Below, piece after piece: positions 1 to 14,340 of a stretch of DNA of 64,000 nt. Made by a program: the position numbers and the translations under genes. Position 1 is the stretch's first letter. Each line of letters begins with the position of its first letter. This DNA comes from Octopus sinensis. Lineage: Eukaryota. The stretch lies in NCBI RefSeq assembly GCF_006345805.1, contig NC_043021.1:26846001-26910000 (forward strand), written 5' to 3'. The notes beneath the pieces were generated by a model. The model ran no database searches. It had not been told where the DNA came from and saw only the letters and a list, made by a program, of their open reading frames with translations.

Positions 1-29
1 GCAGGTCTTATGATCATGTAGAAGCTACC

Positions 30-1150
30 CATTTGGTAGTGGTGGTTGTTGTCTTTGTTGCATTGCTTGAACTGTTGGCAGCATTTGGTGAGATGGTGAC
101 AGTTGTTGTTGTTGGTAGTGGTGTTAATGGAAGTGGTAATGTTGGCAGTGGTGGTGGTCACAGTTGGCAGTGGTGCCAAAGTTTCAGTCATACCTCTTCG
201 CCTTTGTCAGTTAAGTTCAAGTAACAATGATGATCCACAGAGACAGCAGTTACAGTGGGGTGGTGTAGGTGGTTGTGGTGATGGCTATAAGCAGCGGCAG
301 AGGTGGGAGTGGTAGTGATGGTAGCATTGGTAATGGTGGTGCTGGCGGCTGTGGTGACAACAGCAATGGTGGTGATAGCAGTGGTGGTGGCGGTGGTAGT
401 GGTGGCGGTAGAGGTGGTGGTAGTGATGGTGGTGGTAGCAGTTGTGGTGGCAATGGTGACAGTGGCAGGAGTGGTGGTGGAAGTGATGGTAGTGACAGTG
501 CCAATGGTAGTGGTGGTGATGGGGTCAGGAGCAGTGGTATAGGTACTCCTAGCAACAGTGCTGATGGTAGTGGTGATGAAATGCTGGTGGTGGTGGCCTC
601 AGTTTCAGCCATGCCTCCTTTCCTTTTGTCAATTAACTTAACAATGATGATCTTAGAAAAGGAATAGGAAGAAACCTTTGCTTTGTGTACAGCACCGAAC
701 CAATCCCTGATCCCTTTTTAGCAAAGGCAGCAGTTAAAACATTTCCTTTTATCAAGACCTTAAAAGGTTCCATGCAAAAGAACGCAACCCATATTAAAAC
801 ATTGTGTCATTACTTCCTTTTAAGTCCCCACATTCATTTACCACAACTACTACCACCACTGTTACTGTTGCCACTGCCACCACTGCTGTCAATACCACTA
901 CCAGAACCATCACCTTATCACTGCCACCACTACCACCACCTCTATCAGCACTACCAACTGCCACTATCCCCCATCACCACTGTAGCTGCCGCCACCACCA
1001 TCGCCACCACATCACCACCATGAGTGACACTGCCAACACCACACTGCAATGACTGACACCACCACCACTACCACCACTACCACTACTGGTGCCGCCATCA
1101 CCACAACAACCCTGCTGCTGCCGCCATGATCCCTTGCCACCATCCTTACC
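30..1150. repeat. Degenerate (GGT)n / (ACC)n trinucleotide tracts around a unique island
   Basis: Runs of ggtggt at 30-600 and accacc at 840-1150. Confidence 0.9.
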
Positions 1151-1189
1151 CACTGCTTAACATTTTGAGTTCAAATACTGCTGAGATCA

Positions 1190-1395
1190 ACTTTGGAAGC
1201 TGGCAGAGATGTTGGTGTAGGGACAAAATGCGGAGCAGCATTTACATTCTGAGTTCTAATTCCACTAATGTCAACTTTACTTTCCTTTCAGGGTTGAAAA
1301 AATAAAGTGCCAATTGACTAATTGAGTACTGGGATGATGTTGTCAACTAGCTCCCTCCTCCCAAATTTCAGGCCTTGTGCCTAGAGTAAAAAGGA

Positions 1396-1426
<31 letters not shown>

Positions 1427-2500
1427 AGGTGGTGAACCGGCAGAATTGTTAGCATGCCAAGCAAAATGCTTCACAGTATTTCGTCTGTCTCCAATGTTCT
1501 GAGTTCAAATTCCAGCAAGGTTGATAAAATTAAATACCAGTTGAGTACTGGGATCAATGTGATCAACTGTCCCCCTCCCCACATAATCCAGGCCTTGTGC
1601 CTATAGCAGAAAGAATTATTATTATTATTATTATTATAGGTGGTGAGCTAGCAGAATGCCGGTGGGCATGCCAGGTAAAATGCTTAGCGGTATTTCATCA
1701 ATCTTTACATTCTGAGTTCAAACTCCACTGAGGTCGACTTTGCCTTTCATCCTTTCGGGGTCGATAAATTATGTACTAGTTGCATACTGGGGTTGATGTG
1801 TTCGACTGTCCCCCTCCCCACATAATCCAGGCTTTGTGCCTATAGCAGAAAGAATTATTATTATTATTATAGGTGGCGAGCTGGCAGAAATGTTAGCACA
1901 CCAGGCAAAATGCTTCATCTGTCTTTATGCTCTGGGTTCAAATTCCACCGTTGTTGACTTTGCCTTTCATTCTTTCAGGGACGATAAAATAAGTACCAGT
2001 TAGGCACTGGGGTTCAATGTAATCAACTTACCCTCTCCCTGAAATTGCTGGCCATGTGCTAAAATTTGAAATCCTTACTATTATGAAGGCAGTGATCTGG
2101 CAGAGTGGTTAGCACGTCGGGCGAAATGCTTAGCGGTATTTCGTCTGCCATTATGTTCTGAATTCAAATTCCGCCAAGGTCGACTTTGCCCTTCATCCTT
2201 TTGGGGTCAATAAATTAAGTACCAGTTATGCACTGGGGTCGATGTAATCAACTTAATCTGTTTGTCTGTCCCTGTTTATTCCCTCTATGTTTAGCCCCTT
2301 GTGGGCAATAAAGAAATAAGAATGATTAGTATGCTAGGCAAAATGTTTATCGGCACGTTGTCCATCCTTATGTAACAATGGTGATCCATGTCTTTTTGGG
2401 ATTGATCAAATGAGTACCAGTTGTGCACTGAGGTCAATGTAATCAGCTTACCTCCTCCCCCCCAAACTACTTGCCGTGTGCCAAAATTTGAAAGCATTAT
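1190..2500 (+). mobile_element. Tandem array of about six tRNA-type SINE copies (family A), several separated by (ATT)n
   Basis: Repeated head ggtggcgagctggcagaa...gagttcaaattcc (B-box-like)...gtcgactttgcctttcatcc...aagtaccagtt. Units start at about 1195, 1427, 1639, 1871, 2086 and 2330. Confidence 0.85.
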
Positions 2501-2504
2501 TATG

Positions 2505-2880
2505 CAAAGAAAGATAGAAAGAAAAAAGAAAGACAGATAAAAAGAAAGAAAGTAAAGAAAAGATAGAAAGAAGGAAAGAAAGAAAGAATGAAAGAAAGAA
2601 AGAAGGAAGGAAAAAGAAAGATAGAAAGAAAGAAAGAAAGACAGATAAAAAGAAAGAAAGTAAAGAAAAGATAGAAAGAAAGATAGAAAGAAAGAAAGAA
2701 AGAAAGAAAGGAAGACGGAAAGCAAAAAAGGAAAAGAAAATGTGATAGAACAAAGGAGTGAAAAAGAAAGGAAAGAGAGAGAAGAAAGAAAGGGAGAAGG
2801 AAGAAAACAGAAAGAGTAAGAAAGGAATGAGAGACAGAGAGAAGATGAGTCAAGAGATGAAAAAGAAAAAAAGGGAACTT
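2505..2880. repeat. (AGAA)n purine-rich microsatellite
   Basis: Continuous aaag/agaa repeats. Confidence 0.95.
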
Positions 2881-2944
2881 TCCAAAGAATAAAAATTTAA
2901 AGTGGAAAATAAATTTGGCCCTTTGATTTCCACTTCTGAATTCT

Positions 2945-3760
2945 GGAGGCTGTGATGATAGTGATGGTGGTGGTGGTGGTGGTGGTGGTAATGCTGGTGT
3001 TGTTGATGGTGGTGGTGGTGGTGATGATGAGGATGATAATGATGATGATGATGACGACGATGATGCTGGTGCTATTGCCGCTGCTGCTGATGATCATGAT
3101 AATGATGATGATGACAATGATGATGGAGGCAGGGGGGGGAGCAGTTGCTGGTGGTGTTTTTGTTGTTGTTGGTGGTGGTGGTGGTAGAGTCCCCCCCCTG
3201 TTTTTGTAGGTGGTGACTGTATTTTTACTGTTAGTGTTGGTGGCAGTGGTGGTGGTGGTGGTGGTGGAGTGAGTGATGTGATGATGTACCAGAGTGAGGG
3301 TAAGGAAAAAAGAAAAAAGAAAACAATAAAAAGGTGCGAATGAGGTCAGCAGGCCATGATTTATGTCAAATAAGCAGTGGAGCTGATAAAACTATATCAC
3401 CACCCCCAACAACTCAGGCCCCCACCAGTCCCCTCACTTAACGCGCGCGTGCGTGCACACACATACTATCTTCAAATTTTGATTATTTCTTTTTCACTTA
3501 TTAATAATAGTTCTTATTTTATTTTCGTTTTAGATTATTTATTTATTTATTTATTTATTTTGGCCATTGCAAATCAAAAAAGCCAATTCCAACACCACCA
3601 CCACCACCATTACCACAACTATGCTGCCACCGCCACCACCACCATCACAACCAACACCACTTCCACTGCCACCAACGTCACCATCACTACCACTGATACC
3701 TCCACTGCCACCTGCACCAGAATGGCTGCTGCCTCCACCACCACCACAACTCTCTCTCCA
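2945..3760. repeat. (GGT/GAT)n and (ACC)n tracts flanking a unique island
   Basis: Trinucleotide runs at 2945-3290 and 3590-3760. Confidence 0.85.
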
Positions 3761-4070
3761 CTATCCTCATAGAAATATATCCAGATCAGATCAAACATAA
3801 TCACAGATAAGACTAGATATAACAACTACATTAGACAGAATAATTAGTGCGGTCCAGTGGGTTCTTAACCTGGATGAGGTTTTGCCCACCCCTTTCACCC
3901 CTACAGCCATCCCTGCTTCAGAGGTGGAGGGGTAGGTGCTGTGAACTTGCATGAGGGTTCTATAAACAGCCAGAAACCTTCAAGAGGATGGTGCTGGATG
4001 TCTATGGAAGCTCAGTGTTTTCTCAGAAACAAAACATTGAAACCAAACCAAGTAAAGAACTTACTCTTTC

Positions 4071-4278
4071 TCTTTTACTCTTTTATTTGTTTCAGTCATT
4101 TGATTGTGGCCATACTGGAGCAACACCTTTAGTCAAGCATATCGACCCCAGGACTTATTCTTTGTAAGCCTAGTACTTGTTCTATGGGTCGCTTTTGCCG
4201 AACTGCTAAGTTACGGGGACGTAAACACACCAGCATCGGTTGTCAAGCAATGTTGGGGGGACAAACACAGACACACAA

Positions 4279-4352
<74 letters not shown>

Positions 4353-4505
4353 CGGGCTTCTTTCAGTTTCCGTGTACTAAATCCACTCACAAGGCTTTGG
4401 TCGGCCCAAGGCTATAGTAGAAGACACTTGCCCAAGGTGCCACGCAGTGGGACTGAACCCAGAGCCATGTGGTTGGTAAGCAAGCTACTTACCACACAGA
4501 CTCTC
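4071..4505 (-). mobile_element. SINE family B, full length, with internal (TA)/(TG) microsatellite
   Basis: Reverse complement of gtggctgtgtggtaagtagcttgc...gggttcagtcccactgcgtggcacc...aatgactgaaacaa. Similar minus copies at about 12190-12600, 15800-16175, 21779-22150 and 61905-62250. Confidence 0.85.
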
Positions 4506-4660
4506 CAAGCACATTTTCAAAAATAAGGAAAGAAAAAAAGTGTTTTTGAGGATTAGACACAGAGTGTTATCTGTGTATTATCAGTGACAACCTAGATATC
4601 CCCTACTCCATTTTTTGAAGGAAATGATGTTGCTGTTGTTGTTATTGTTCATATAAAGTG

Positions 4661-5070
4661 GCAAGCTGGCAGAATTGTTAGAACATTTGGCAAAATGTTT
4701 AGCGGCATTTTGTTTCTCTTTACATTCTGAGTTCAAATTCCATCAGGGTTTTGATGTTGCCTTTCATCCTTGCAGGGTCATTAAAATACCAGCTGAGTAC
4801 TGGGTATCGATATAATCAACTTACCACCTCCCCTGATTGTTATTCTTCATATAAAGGAGGTGAGCTGGCAGAATCATTAGCACATTGGACAAAATGCTTA
4901 GCAGCATTTCCCTTGTCTTCACGTTCTGAGTTCAAATTCTGCTGAGGTCAACTTTACCTTTCAAACTTTCAGAGTCAATAAAATAAGTACCAGTTGAACA
5001 CTGGGGTCAATGTAATTGACTTACCCACACCTTTGAAATTGCTGGCCTTATGCCTAAATGTGAAATCATT
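4661..5070 (+). mobile_element. Two tandem SINE family A copies
   Basis: Heads ggcaagctggcagaa (about 4661) and ggtgagctggcagaa (about 4859) with the family core. Confidence 0.8.
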
Positions 5071-6084
5071 ATTATTATACCTGGTTGAGAAAGCGTTCAG
5101 CATAATAGCACAAGTGTTCTCTAAATACTGAAGTACATTACTTACTTAAAGCTCTTCACCCCCTATGAAATGCATCAATGACATTTCTCCAAGGTTCTTG
5201 ACTCTGGACCACATTTTCCTCTCTCAGGTCTTGTTGATTTTGAATTATCATTCATGCTTCTGTAACTGTATTTTTCTAAGTATGGGTGGAGGCCCTACAC
5301 AAACCCATTTTACTTCTGAAACGTAGTGATTCATATTAGTCTAGCTTCTATCCTTTGATCTGTCCAGCATAGAAAGGCCCTCCCAAGAGCTTCTACTCTG
5401 CTGGTATAGCTCTCAGGGTCATTGAAGCTTATAAACCACCACACCACAACAAGGACTGAAGTACAATGTAAATATCTAAAAAGGGAGATTTAGGGCTCTA
5501 TTTGTCAAATATCAAACCTGGTATTTTTAAACTAGCCAAGTGCTATCAAGGACAAAGTAGTCATTATCTTTTACCTTTTACTTGTTGTCTCAATCTTTGG
5601 ACTACAGAAATGTTGGGACAGCACCTTGATGGGTTTAGTTGAAAAAAATTGAACCCAATACTTCTTTCACTAAGTCTAGTACATGCCTTATGGACACTTT
5701 TGTGAGTGCTAAGTTATAGGGACATAAACAAACAAACATTGGTTGTCAAAATGTGGCAGGGGACAAACACAAATACAAAGACATACATACATAGACAGAT
5801 ACATACATTTACATATACACATATATGTGTGTGTGTGTGTATATATATGTATGTGGTTGAAAAATATAGTTATAGGTATAAATATACCGTAAACAGGTAT
5901 TAAAAAATAGAGGAGAAAATGATGGCTGTTTTTTTTAGGAATATGATGAATCTTTATCAGAAATCATTTTTTCTCTCTTTTTGGATCTCTCAAAGAGTTT
6001 GAATTGTTCTTTTTGAACTTATTTTTTTCTCTCGTATGTATGTATGTATGTATGTTTGCCAAACATACATGCATACATACACAG

Positions 6085-6830
6085 GCACTCCATCAGTTAT
6101 GATGATGAAGGTTCCAGCTGATCCAGTTGCCAGAGGAGGCTGCTATTGAAATTAATGTTTAAGTGGCTGAGCACTCCACTGACATGTGTCATCATCATCA
6201 TTGTTCGACCATGGTCGAGACAATAGAATTCACTATGTTACACCAGACTTCATGGTCCATCATAGCATTATGGAGGTCCTGTTGCTGGATGCCTGTATCC
6301 CTGGAGATTACATCAGGGTAGGAGAGTGTGTGCCCTCTGATACCATGAGCAGATGGCTTCCAGAGGAGAAGAGTAGAAATTGCCTCGTTTTCAGCTATAC
6401 AAATGTCCAGCAAACTGGACTCTTCTACCTTTCACAAGAGATGACACAGGTGGTAGTTTCCCATATATTTGCATTTTGGTTGGATGGCGCTTCCACGAGA
6501 GATTTTGAGCTCTCATAAGGAGGCGAGTGTAGGTTCCATCCAACCACCTCTCAAGCTTCTTTTGATAACGTCCAGGTTTCTGAGCCATATAGTAGAATTG
6601 GTTCAACTGTGTACCATTAACATAGTTCTTAGGAAGATTCAGCATGACACAAATAATGTGTGACAAGGCTGACCCTTTGAATTACAGGCACGGCTTATTT
6701 TCATCAGCTGAATGAACTGGAGCAATAAAGTGAAGTAAAGTGTCTTGCTCAAGCACACAGTGTGCAACCAGGTACTGAGCTCACAACCTTACAAGTGTGA
6801 GCTGGACACCCTGACCATTAAGCCACATAC
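6085..6830 (-). mobile_element. SINE family C copy split by a LINE insertion
   Basis: gagcactccactgacatgtgt resumes as gtgtaccattaacatagttctt after 6607. Ends in gtgtcttgctcaag...ccattaagccac, the reverse complement of the head. Other family C pieces at about 17120-17330, 26050-26200 and 41750-41870. Confidence 0.65.
6190..6607 (-). mobile_element. 5'-truncated non-LTR retrotransposon 3' end (RTE-group-like) with (GAT)n tail and TGTGT target-site duplication
   Basis: Minus frames give VEPILLYGSETWTLSK / KLERWLDGTYTRLLMRAQNLSWKRHPT...RRVQFAGH / AENEAISTLLLWKP...DTG. TGTGT at 6185-6189 and 6608-6612. Confidence 0.85.
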
Positions 6831-9345
6831 CTTCACATATACCTCCATACACATGCAATACACACACACACACACTCAGATATTCACTGAGACATACATA
6901 CACTTAAATACATATATATACAAACACATATGAAGGCATACATACAAACATACATAAATACATATATATACATACTTATAAATATGCATGCATTTATCCA
7001 CCCCTCCATGCAAGGACGTACATATGAACATGCATGCATATATATACATACACACATACACATAAATACTTAGATACATACATAAAAAACATACCTACAT
7101 ACACACACACACAGAGTGATTACCAATATACGTAACGAAAAATACGTAAAACCAACATGAGAAACCTCTACTTGCTAGAAATAGCAACCAGATCTCACTC
7201 CTACCATTTTAAAACAAAGGGGAAAACATACATTGAATAATGTAACCCTAGGTAACCCCTTAAATGACAGAGCGATGAAGGTTGCAATGCTGTTTGATTA
7301 TAGATCTGCTTTGTTTCATTAGAACTGGCCTGGGTGGTACCGCCTCTGTCACCACTACCACCACCACCACAACAACACATACATTACATAATGTACACGC
7401 ATACATACATACATACAGTACAATGATGTGCATGCATCAACTGCTGTGTTGTTTGAGTGTGTGTGTGTGTGTGAGTTGTGTGTGTGTGTGTGTGTGTGTG
7501 TTTGTGTGGCAATCTATATCACATTAACGACATTAGCTGCTGCTGGGCCCATTATAATGGAATTTTCTGGAACAACGACACCGACGTCTCATATGGAATT
7601 GACATTTTATCGTTCGTAACATGATGACAATGACGACGACCACCATCATCATCATCATCGCCATCACCACCACCACCACTATCACCACAACCAACACCAC
7701 ACCCACTACCATCCTCACCACCCCCAACAACAACAACAACACTACACACTATCAGCAACAGCAACTCCACCACTACCTCTATCAGTATTGCTGCCAAACT
7801 ACCATAACCACCACCACCACCGCTGCCACTGCTGCTACCACCATCACTGCAGACACCACCACTGCCATCACCATCACAGACACCATCACCACCACTGCTG
7901 CTACTGCAGCCACCACCCTGCAAACACCACCACCAATGCACACCACCTAAGCTATAACCACAATTATTATTATCATCATTGAAATGACACCAATTTCTTT
8001 ATGCTGATATGGCTTAGATAAGTGTGTCATACAAAAAAAAAACATTGCTATTTGTCTTACTTTTTAGATTACATCAATAGTGTCGTTGCTTAACACCAGG
8101 TCAGCCCTGATCCAGCAGAACTAAGATCTGAGGCTATTCCAGTTGTAACCGTGCCATTCTTCTGTCTATTAAAGACTACACTGGCCAATGTATCTTCTAT
8201 ATTTAATCCATTTTGATATCAACCTGTCAAAGAATGCACTTGGTTTTATGCTAAAAAGCTTCAGGGCTTAAAATGTTGCTTCTCGAGCCATTCAGGCCGG
8301 TTTCCCGGTTTCAGTGGCGTAGACATTCCCCACCTGGACGGGGCGCTGGTCCATCGCAGGATTACTTGAAAATAGCAATCAAAGAGGTCCATAAACAAAA
8401 GAACTGGTTGAGAACAACTGATTTCATTGCTTTGTTTGCTGTCAAAACAAAGAGGACGAAGGAGGTGAGCTGGCAGAAATGCTTAGTAGTGTCTTTATGT
8501 TCTGAGTTCAAATTCTGCCAAGGTCGACTTTGCCGTTCATCCTTTTGGGGTCAATAAATCAAGTACCAGTTATGTACTGGGGTCTTTCTAATTGACTGGC
8601 CCAAGTCCTCAAAACTTTTGGACCCTATGCCTAGAGTAGAAAAGAAAATATAATCCAAGAGAATGACACTAATCTGTATATATCAGTGTAGTAAAAACAT
8701 TCATTCAGACCCCAAAAGGATGAAAGGTAAATGTGATCCAAGAAGGAGTTGAACGCAGAATGTAAAACGGCCAGTATAAATACCACAAGGCATTTTCCCC
8801 AATACTTTAATGATTCTTTCAACTCGCCACCTTTAAAAACATAACCTCCATATCTTTCACTAAACAAGGATACAACCCCCCCCCCCACATACACACACAC
8901 AAAAGAAGCAGCTAATTTTTCAGGTTAATTATTCAATTTTATTTTATTCTTGATGCTGCAATTTTTATTGTTATTGTTGCCTTTGTTGCTGCTATTGTTA
9001 TTGTCGTTATTGTTATCACTTTTGTGGTTGTCATTTGTCCTTAAAATTGGATTATCATTTACTCAAAAATAAAAAAAAACATACTAAGAAAAAAGAAAGC
9101 GAAAGATTATACACCACCACCACTGCCGCCACCACCACTACCGCCGCCACCACCACCACCGCCGCCACCACCACCACCATTTCATATTTATGAAGAGTTT
9201 AGAGATAAATATAAATATATTATATTATATTGAAAGCCCTGACATTTTTAGTTTCAATTAGTCTAATTCCTTTTTGCGTGATTTTATATAATTATTTTAA
9301 TCGCTCTTTATTATGTTTCTTTTTTTCGGTTGTTACATGAAGAAA

Positions 9346-9380
<35 letters not shown>

Positions 9381-12300
9381 CACATGTATATACATAATAT
9401 AATATATGTATATTATGCATACATATATAAATAAACATACAAATATGATAATTTATACCTATATAATATATATATATATATATATTAAATATTTATTATT
9501 TATATATACATATATATATTATATATACATATGTATACCTATATAATATATATAATATACTGTACACATACACACATACGTACATACATACATACACACA
9601 CACACAGGCATGTATATAAACACAAACAATGCATGTATAAATTGTCTCATGTGTGGAAGGATTTTATGCTTTTGTCAATATATTTCACTTTATATATATC
9701 TGTATATTTATATATTCATTTCATTTTATTTTTGTCATATTTTTTTTCTGTTGTTATACTGTCAGAATGAAATTATAGAAAAGAAAACAAAGCCAAAAGC
9801 TAAGAGCAATTATACTTCTGTAGTACAGACACATGGACATGCAGCTCACTGCTATTTGGTCATGAATAAAGAGCTCATATAAAAGCATTATATCATGATA
9901 AAGATAATCATTTCTTTATTTGGTACAAAAGCAATGAATGGGACATAACAATAAAGAAAAAATGATAATAATAGTAATAACAGGGGTAATAGTAGATAAT
10001 TATAGTAATAATAATAATAATAATATTCAGGATAATAATGTTATCAATAAGCATAGCAATGGCACAAGTTAGGACACATAACAGAGAAAATATTATGTGT
10101 AATGTATGTATGTGTGTATACCTGTGTGTGTGTGTATAGACACATATATATATACACACACATGCACACACACACACACACACACACACAAATATACATA
10201 ACTATATATATATACACATACATACATATGTATACATGTATATATATATATATATATGTATACACACATATATATGTGTGTTTATATATAAATATATATG
10301 TATAAATATATACACACATAAGTATATACATAAGCGTATACTTGCATGCACACACACATATGTATATATATATACTATTTACTCTATTATACTATGTTAA
10401 AATATTCCTTACATTTCCACACCTACAATATAAAGCTGTATACAATAACACATACACACACATTCATACACACACAAATAGGTTGGGAATTCATTTCAAG
10501 GAATTTTGTTTGTTATAGATTTATTGAAATAATTCAGTGAAAAATCTATTGAGAAGTGAAGCCAAAACAAGAACTTAATAAAAAAAAAGTATAAATGAAA
10601 AATAAACAACAACAAAGTATCTAACACACAAGCACAAACATAAATGTGTGAAGACATATCTATATGCAGGTATGAATACTCAATATGTAACTTCCAACAC
10701 AAGACTCATGAGAAACTATTATAAACTAAAAGTGGGCAGGTAGAATATCATTTCATTAAAATAGTTAGAATTGATACATTCAATGCATTTTTATCATCTG
10801 GCTTTCTTTTCTTCTTTTTTAAACTTATGAGATAAATATAAACACAATTTTTTTGTATGCATACATATGTGTGTGTATGTGTGCATGGTTATGTGTACAC
10901 ACACATATATATATACATATATACGCATGTACATGTATATATGCATACACACATGCATATACATAATATGCATACATACATATGTATGTATGTATATCTA
11001 TCTATCTCTCTCTCTCTCTCTCTCTGTATATATATATATATATATATATATACATACACACAAACGCGCACACATATATATCTGCTTTCATATAGGGAGA
11101 GAATTGTTGAAAGCTATACAAAGGATATAGAGATAGCAGAGAACAGTAAATGGAACGATAAAAAGATAGCTAGATAAATAAGCATACAGACAAACAGAGG
11201 TAGAAAGATCAATAGCTAAGAATGGGGATACATTCACTGGATAATAACTCCTATATTTCCTTCTATATCTGTACGCATAAACATGTTTCTACAATATTGC
11301 ATTTCATTGGTTGTGAACAGATGAACGGTTCAGTATATCAGGATATTTTACTTATAAGTAATAAATATTGCCTTCACTCATGGCATCAACATTGTAATTA
11401 CCCACCACCACCACCACCACCACCACCACCACCACCACCACCATCAACATTGTCATTGCTGTTGTCCTTTTCTATGCTTGTACAAACCAATGAGATTTAT
11501 TTTCTATAGTTGGATGCACTTGCTGTCACTAATCCTTACCTGTTTCCAAGCAAGGTAAATTTTCCCCTCACTTGGATGTGATTTTATGGGAGATTGCTAA
11601 CAAACAACACTACTCCTAGGACTCTGTGTGTGTGTATGTGTGTGTGTGTATGGTTTGTATGTGTGTGTATATTTGTGTGTACATGCATCAGTGTATGTAT
11701 GCGTGTGCATGCATGTAATTGTGTGTGCATATGTGCATGTGTGTGTGTGTGTTTATGTGCATGTTTGTGTGTGTGTGTTTCTGTGTAACCTTTTCATTGT
11801 CATAGAAGCAAGGTTGTTTATTTCCAGTCTCTTGTGAAAAGCATGTCCAGATATGGAAAATATTGCCTTGTTTGGAAACTGGTGTGAGTTGGTGATAGGA
11901 ATGCTATTCGGATAAAGAAAAACTGTCTCCACAAATAACATCAAACCCATAACCCATGCAAGCATGGAAAAGTGGTTGTTAAATGATAAAATTGATATTA
12001 ATACTGGTTTCAAATTTGTGGTACAAGACCAAAAATGTTGGAAGAGGAGGTAAATCAATTATATTGACCCTCGCCCTTAACTGGTACTTATTGTATCAAC
12101 CCTCAGAGGATGAAAGACAAAGATGACCACTATGGAATTTGAACTCAGAACATAAAGACAAATGAAATGTCAGTAAATATTTTACCCAGCATATTACTCT
12201 TCACTTGTTTCAGTCATATGACTGTGGCCATGCTGGAGCACCACCTTTAGTCAAGCAAATTGACCCCAGGACTTATTCTTTGTAAGCCTAGGACTTATTC

Positions 12301-13312
12301 TATCAGTCTCTTTTGCCAAACTGCTAAGTCACGGGATGTAAACACACCAACATCGATTGTCATGCAATGCTGGGGGGACAAACACAGACATATAAACACA
12401 CACACACATATATATATACATATACATATATATGATGGGCTTCTTTCAGTTTCTGTCTACCAAACCCACTCACAAAGCTTTGGTCAGCCTGAGGCTATAA
12501 GTAGAAGACACTTGCCCAAGGTACCATGCAGTGGGACTGAACTCGAAACCATGTGGTTGGTAAGCAAGCTACTTACCACACAGCCACTCCTGCACCTGCT
12601 CATGTTAACAATTCCGCCGTTACACCATATTAATGATGATATTAATATTACAGATGTTATTAAGGCGATAAGCTGGCAGAATCGTTACACGATGCTGGAT
12701 AAAATACTTAGTGGCGTTCTGTCTGTCTTTATGTTCTTTGTTCAAATGCTGGTGAGATCAACTTTGCCTTTTGGGGTCGATAATTAAGTACCAGTTGAAT
12801 CCTGGGGTTGACTTACCCTCTCCCTCAAAATTGCCAGCCTTGTGCCAAAACATGAAACCAATATTACTGACAAACTGGCCGTGTGCCATCAAAAATGATG
12901 GCTAATTGTAGTATTTTATATATAAATATGGATGGTAAACCAAATTAATACACTTGTCAATGTTATCTAGAGGTTATCTTTTGAGATGTGACATCAATCA
13001 TCATTTGTTACTGAAAGAATGCTGGTTCACATTCACATACTTCTCTTGTACACAGACACACATATACTCACACAGAGTTGAAACACTGTTTGATTTTTCT
13101 TTTCAGCATTGAATGTTCACCATCCCACTTCCATTGCACACACACACAAACAAACAAGTATTCACAACTTCCCTTTTACATACACACATATATACTCCCA
13201 CTATCAGTTTGCCATCACCCCTTCCTTCCTTCCTTCCTTATCACACCTTCCTTTCTCATTCATATGTTGTGACAGAGGAATACACAAGAGTATTATGATA
13301 GTAGACGTTATC

Positions 13313-13750
13313 AAGCTGGCAGAATTGTTACCACACAGGGAAAAATGCTGAGCAGTATTTCTTCCAACTTCACATTCTGAGTTCAAATGTTGCCAAGGTA
13401 GAATTTGCCTTTCATCTTTTCAGGGTTGATAAAATAAGTACCAGTTGAGCCTTGGGGTAAATGTAACTGGCTTACCCCCACCCACCGAAATTGCTGACCA
13501 GGTGCCAAAATTTGAAGCTAATATTACAGTTATTGTCAATGTTCATTTCTACTCTAGGCACAAAGCCTGAAATTTTGGGGGAAGGGCCAGTCAATTAGAT
13601 TGACCCCAGTATGCAACTAGTTCTTAATTTATCAACCCTGAAAGGATGAAAGGCAAAGCCGAACCCAGCAGAATTTAAACTCAAAACATAAAGACAGATG
13701 AAATACCGCTAAGCATTTCGCCTGGCTTGCTAATGTTTCTGCCAGCTCGC
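13313..13750. mobile_element. Tail-to-tail inverted pair of SINE family A
   Basis: Plus copy at 13313-13520 and minus copy at 13550-13750, about 30 bp apart. Confidence 0.75.
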
Positions 13751-13939
13751 TGCCAGTTATTATCCATGTTATTACTATTAGTGTTATTATAAATGTTAAA
13801 AGGTTTAAACTTTAAACAAACCATTACCTTTTTTATAAGAGTACCTCACACTAATCTTATTATTTATAATGCTCAGACAAGACATTATTCAATCTGAATA
13901 TACCATCACATAAGCACAGGCGTAGCTGGGTCGATATCA

Positions 13940-14340
13940 GCACAGCTGTGTGGTAAAAGGTTTGCTGCTCAACCACATGGTTTGAAGTTCAGTCCTGCAG
14001 TGCAGCACCTTAGTCTTCTACACTAGCTTTGAGCTAACCAAAGCTTTATGAGTGGATTTGGTTGATGGAAACTGAAAGAGGTACTGTTGTATATGTGTGT
14101 GTGTGTGTGTGTGCGTGTGTGTGTGTTTGTGTGTGTGTGCCCATCACCACCATTTGACAACCAGTGTTAGTGTATTTATGTCCCTGTAACTTAGTGGTTC
14201 AGCAAAAGATACCAATAGAATAAGTACCAGGTTTTACAAAAGATTAATAAGTATTGAGGACAAGAAGCTCAATTAAAATTCTTCAAGGCAGTGCCTCAGT
14301 ATGGCTGCAGTCTAATGACTCAAACCAGTAAAAGATATCA
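13940..14340 (+). mobile_element. Degenerate SINE family B
   Basis: cagctgtgtggtaaaagg...gagtggatttggttgatggaaactgaaag...(TG)n...aatgactcaaaccagtaaaag. Confidence 0.75.
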
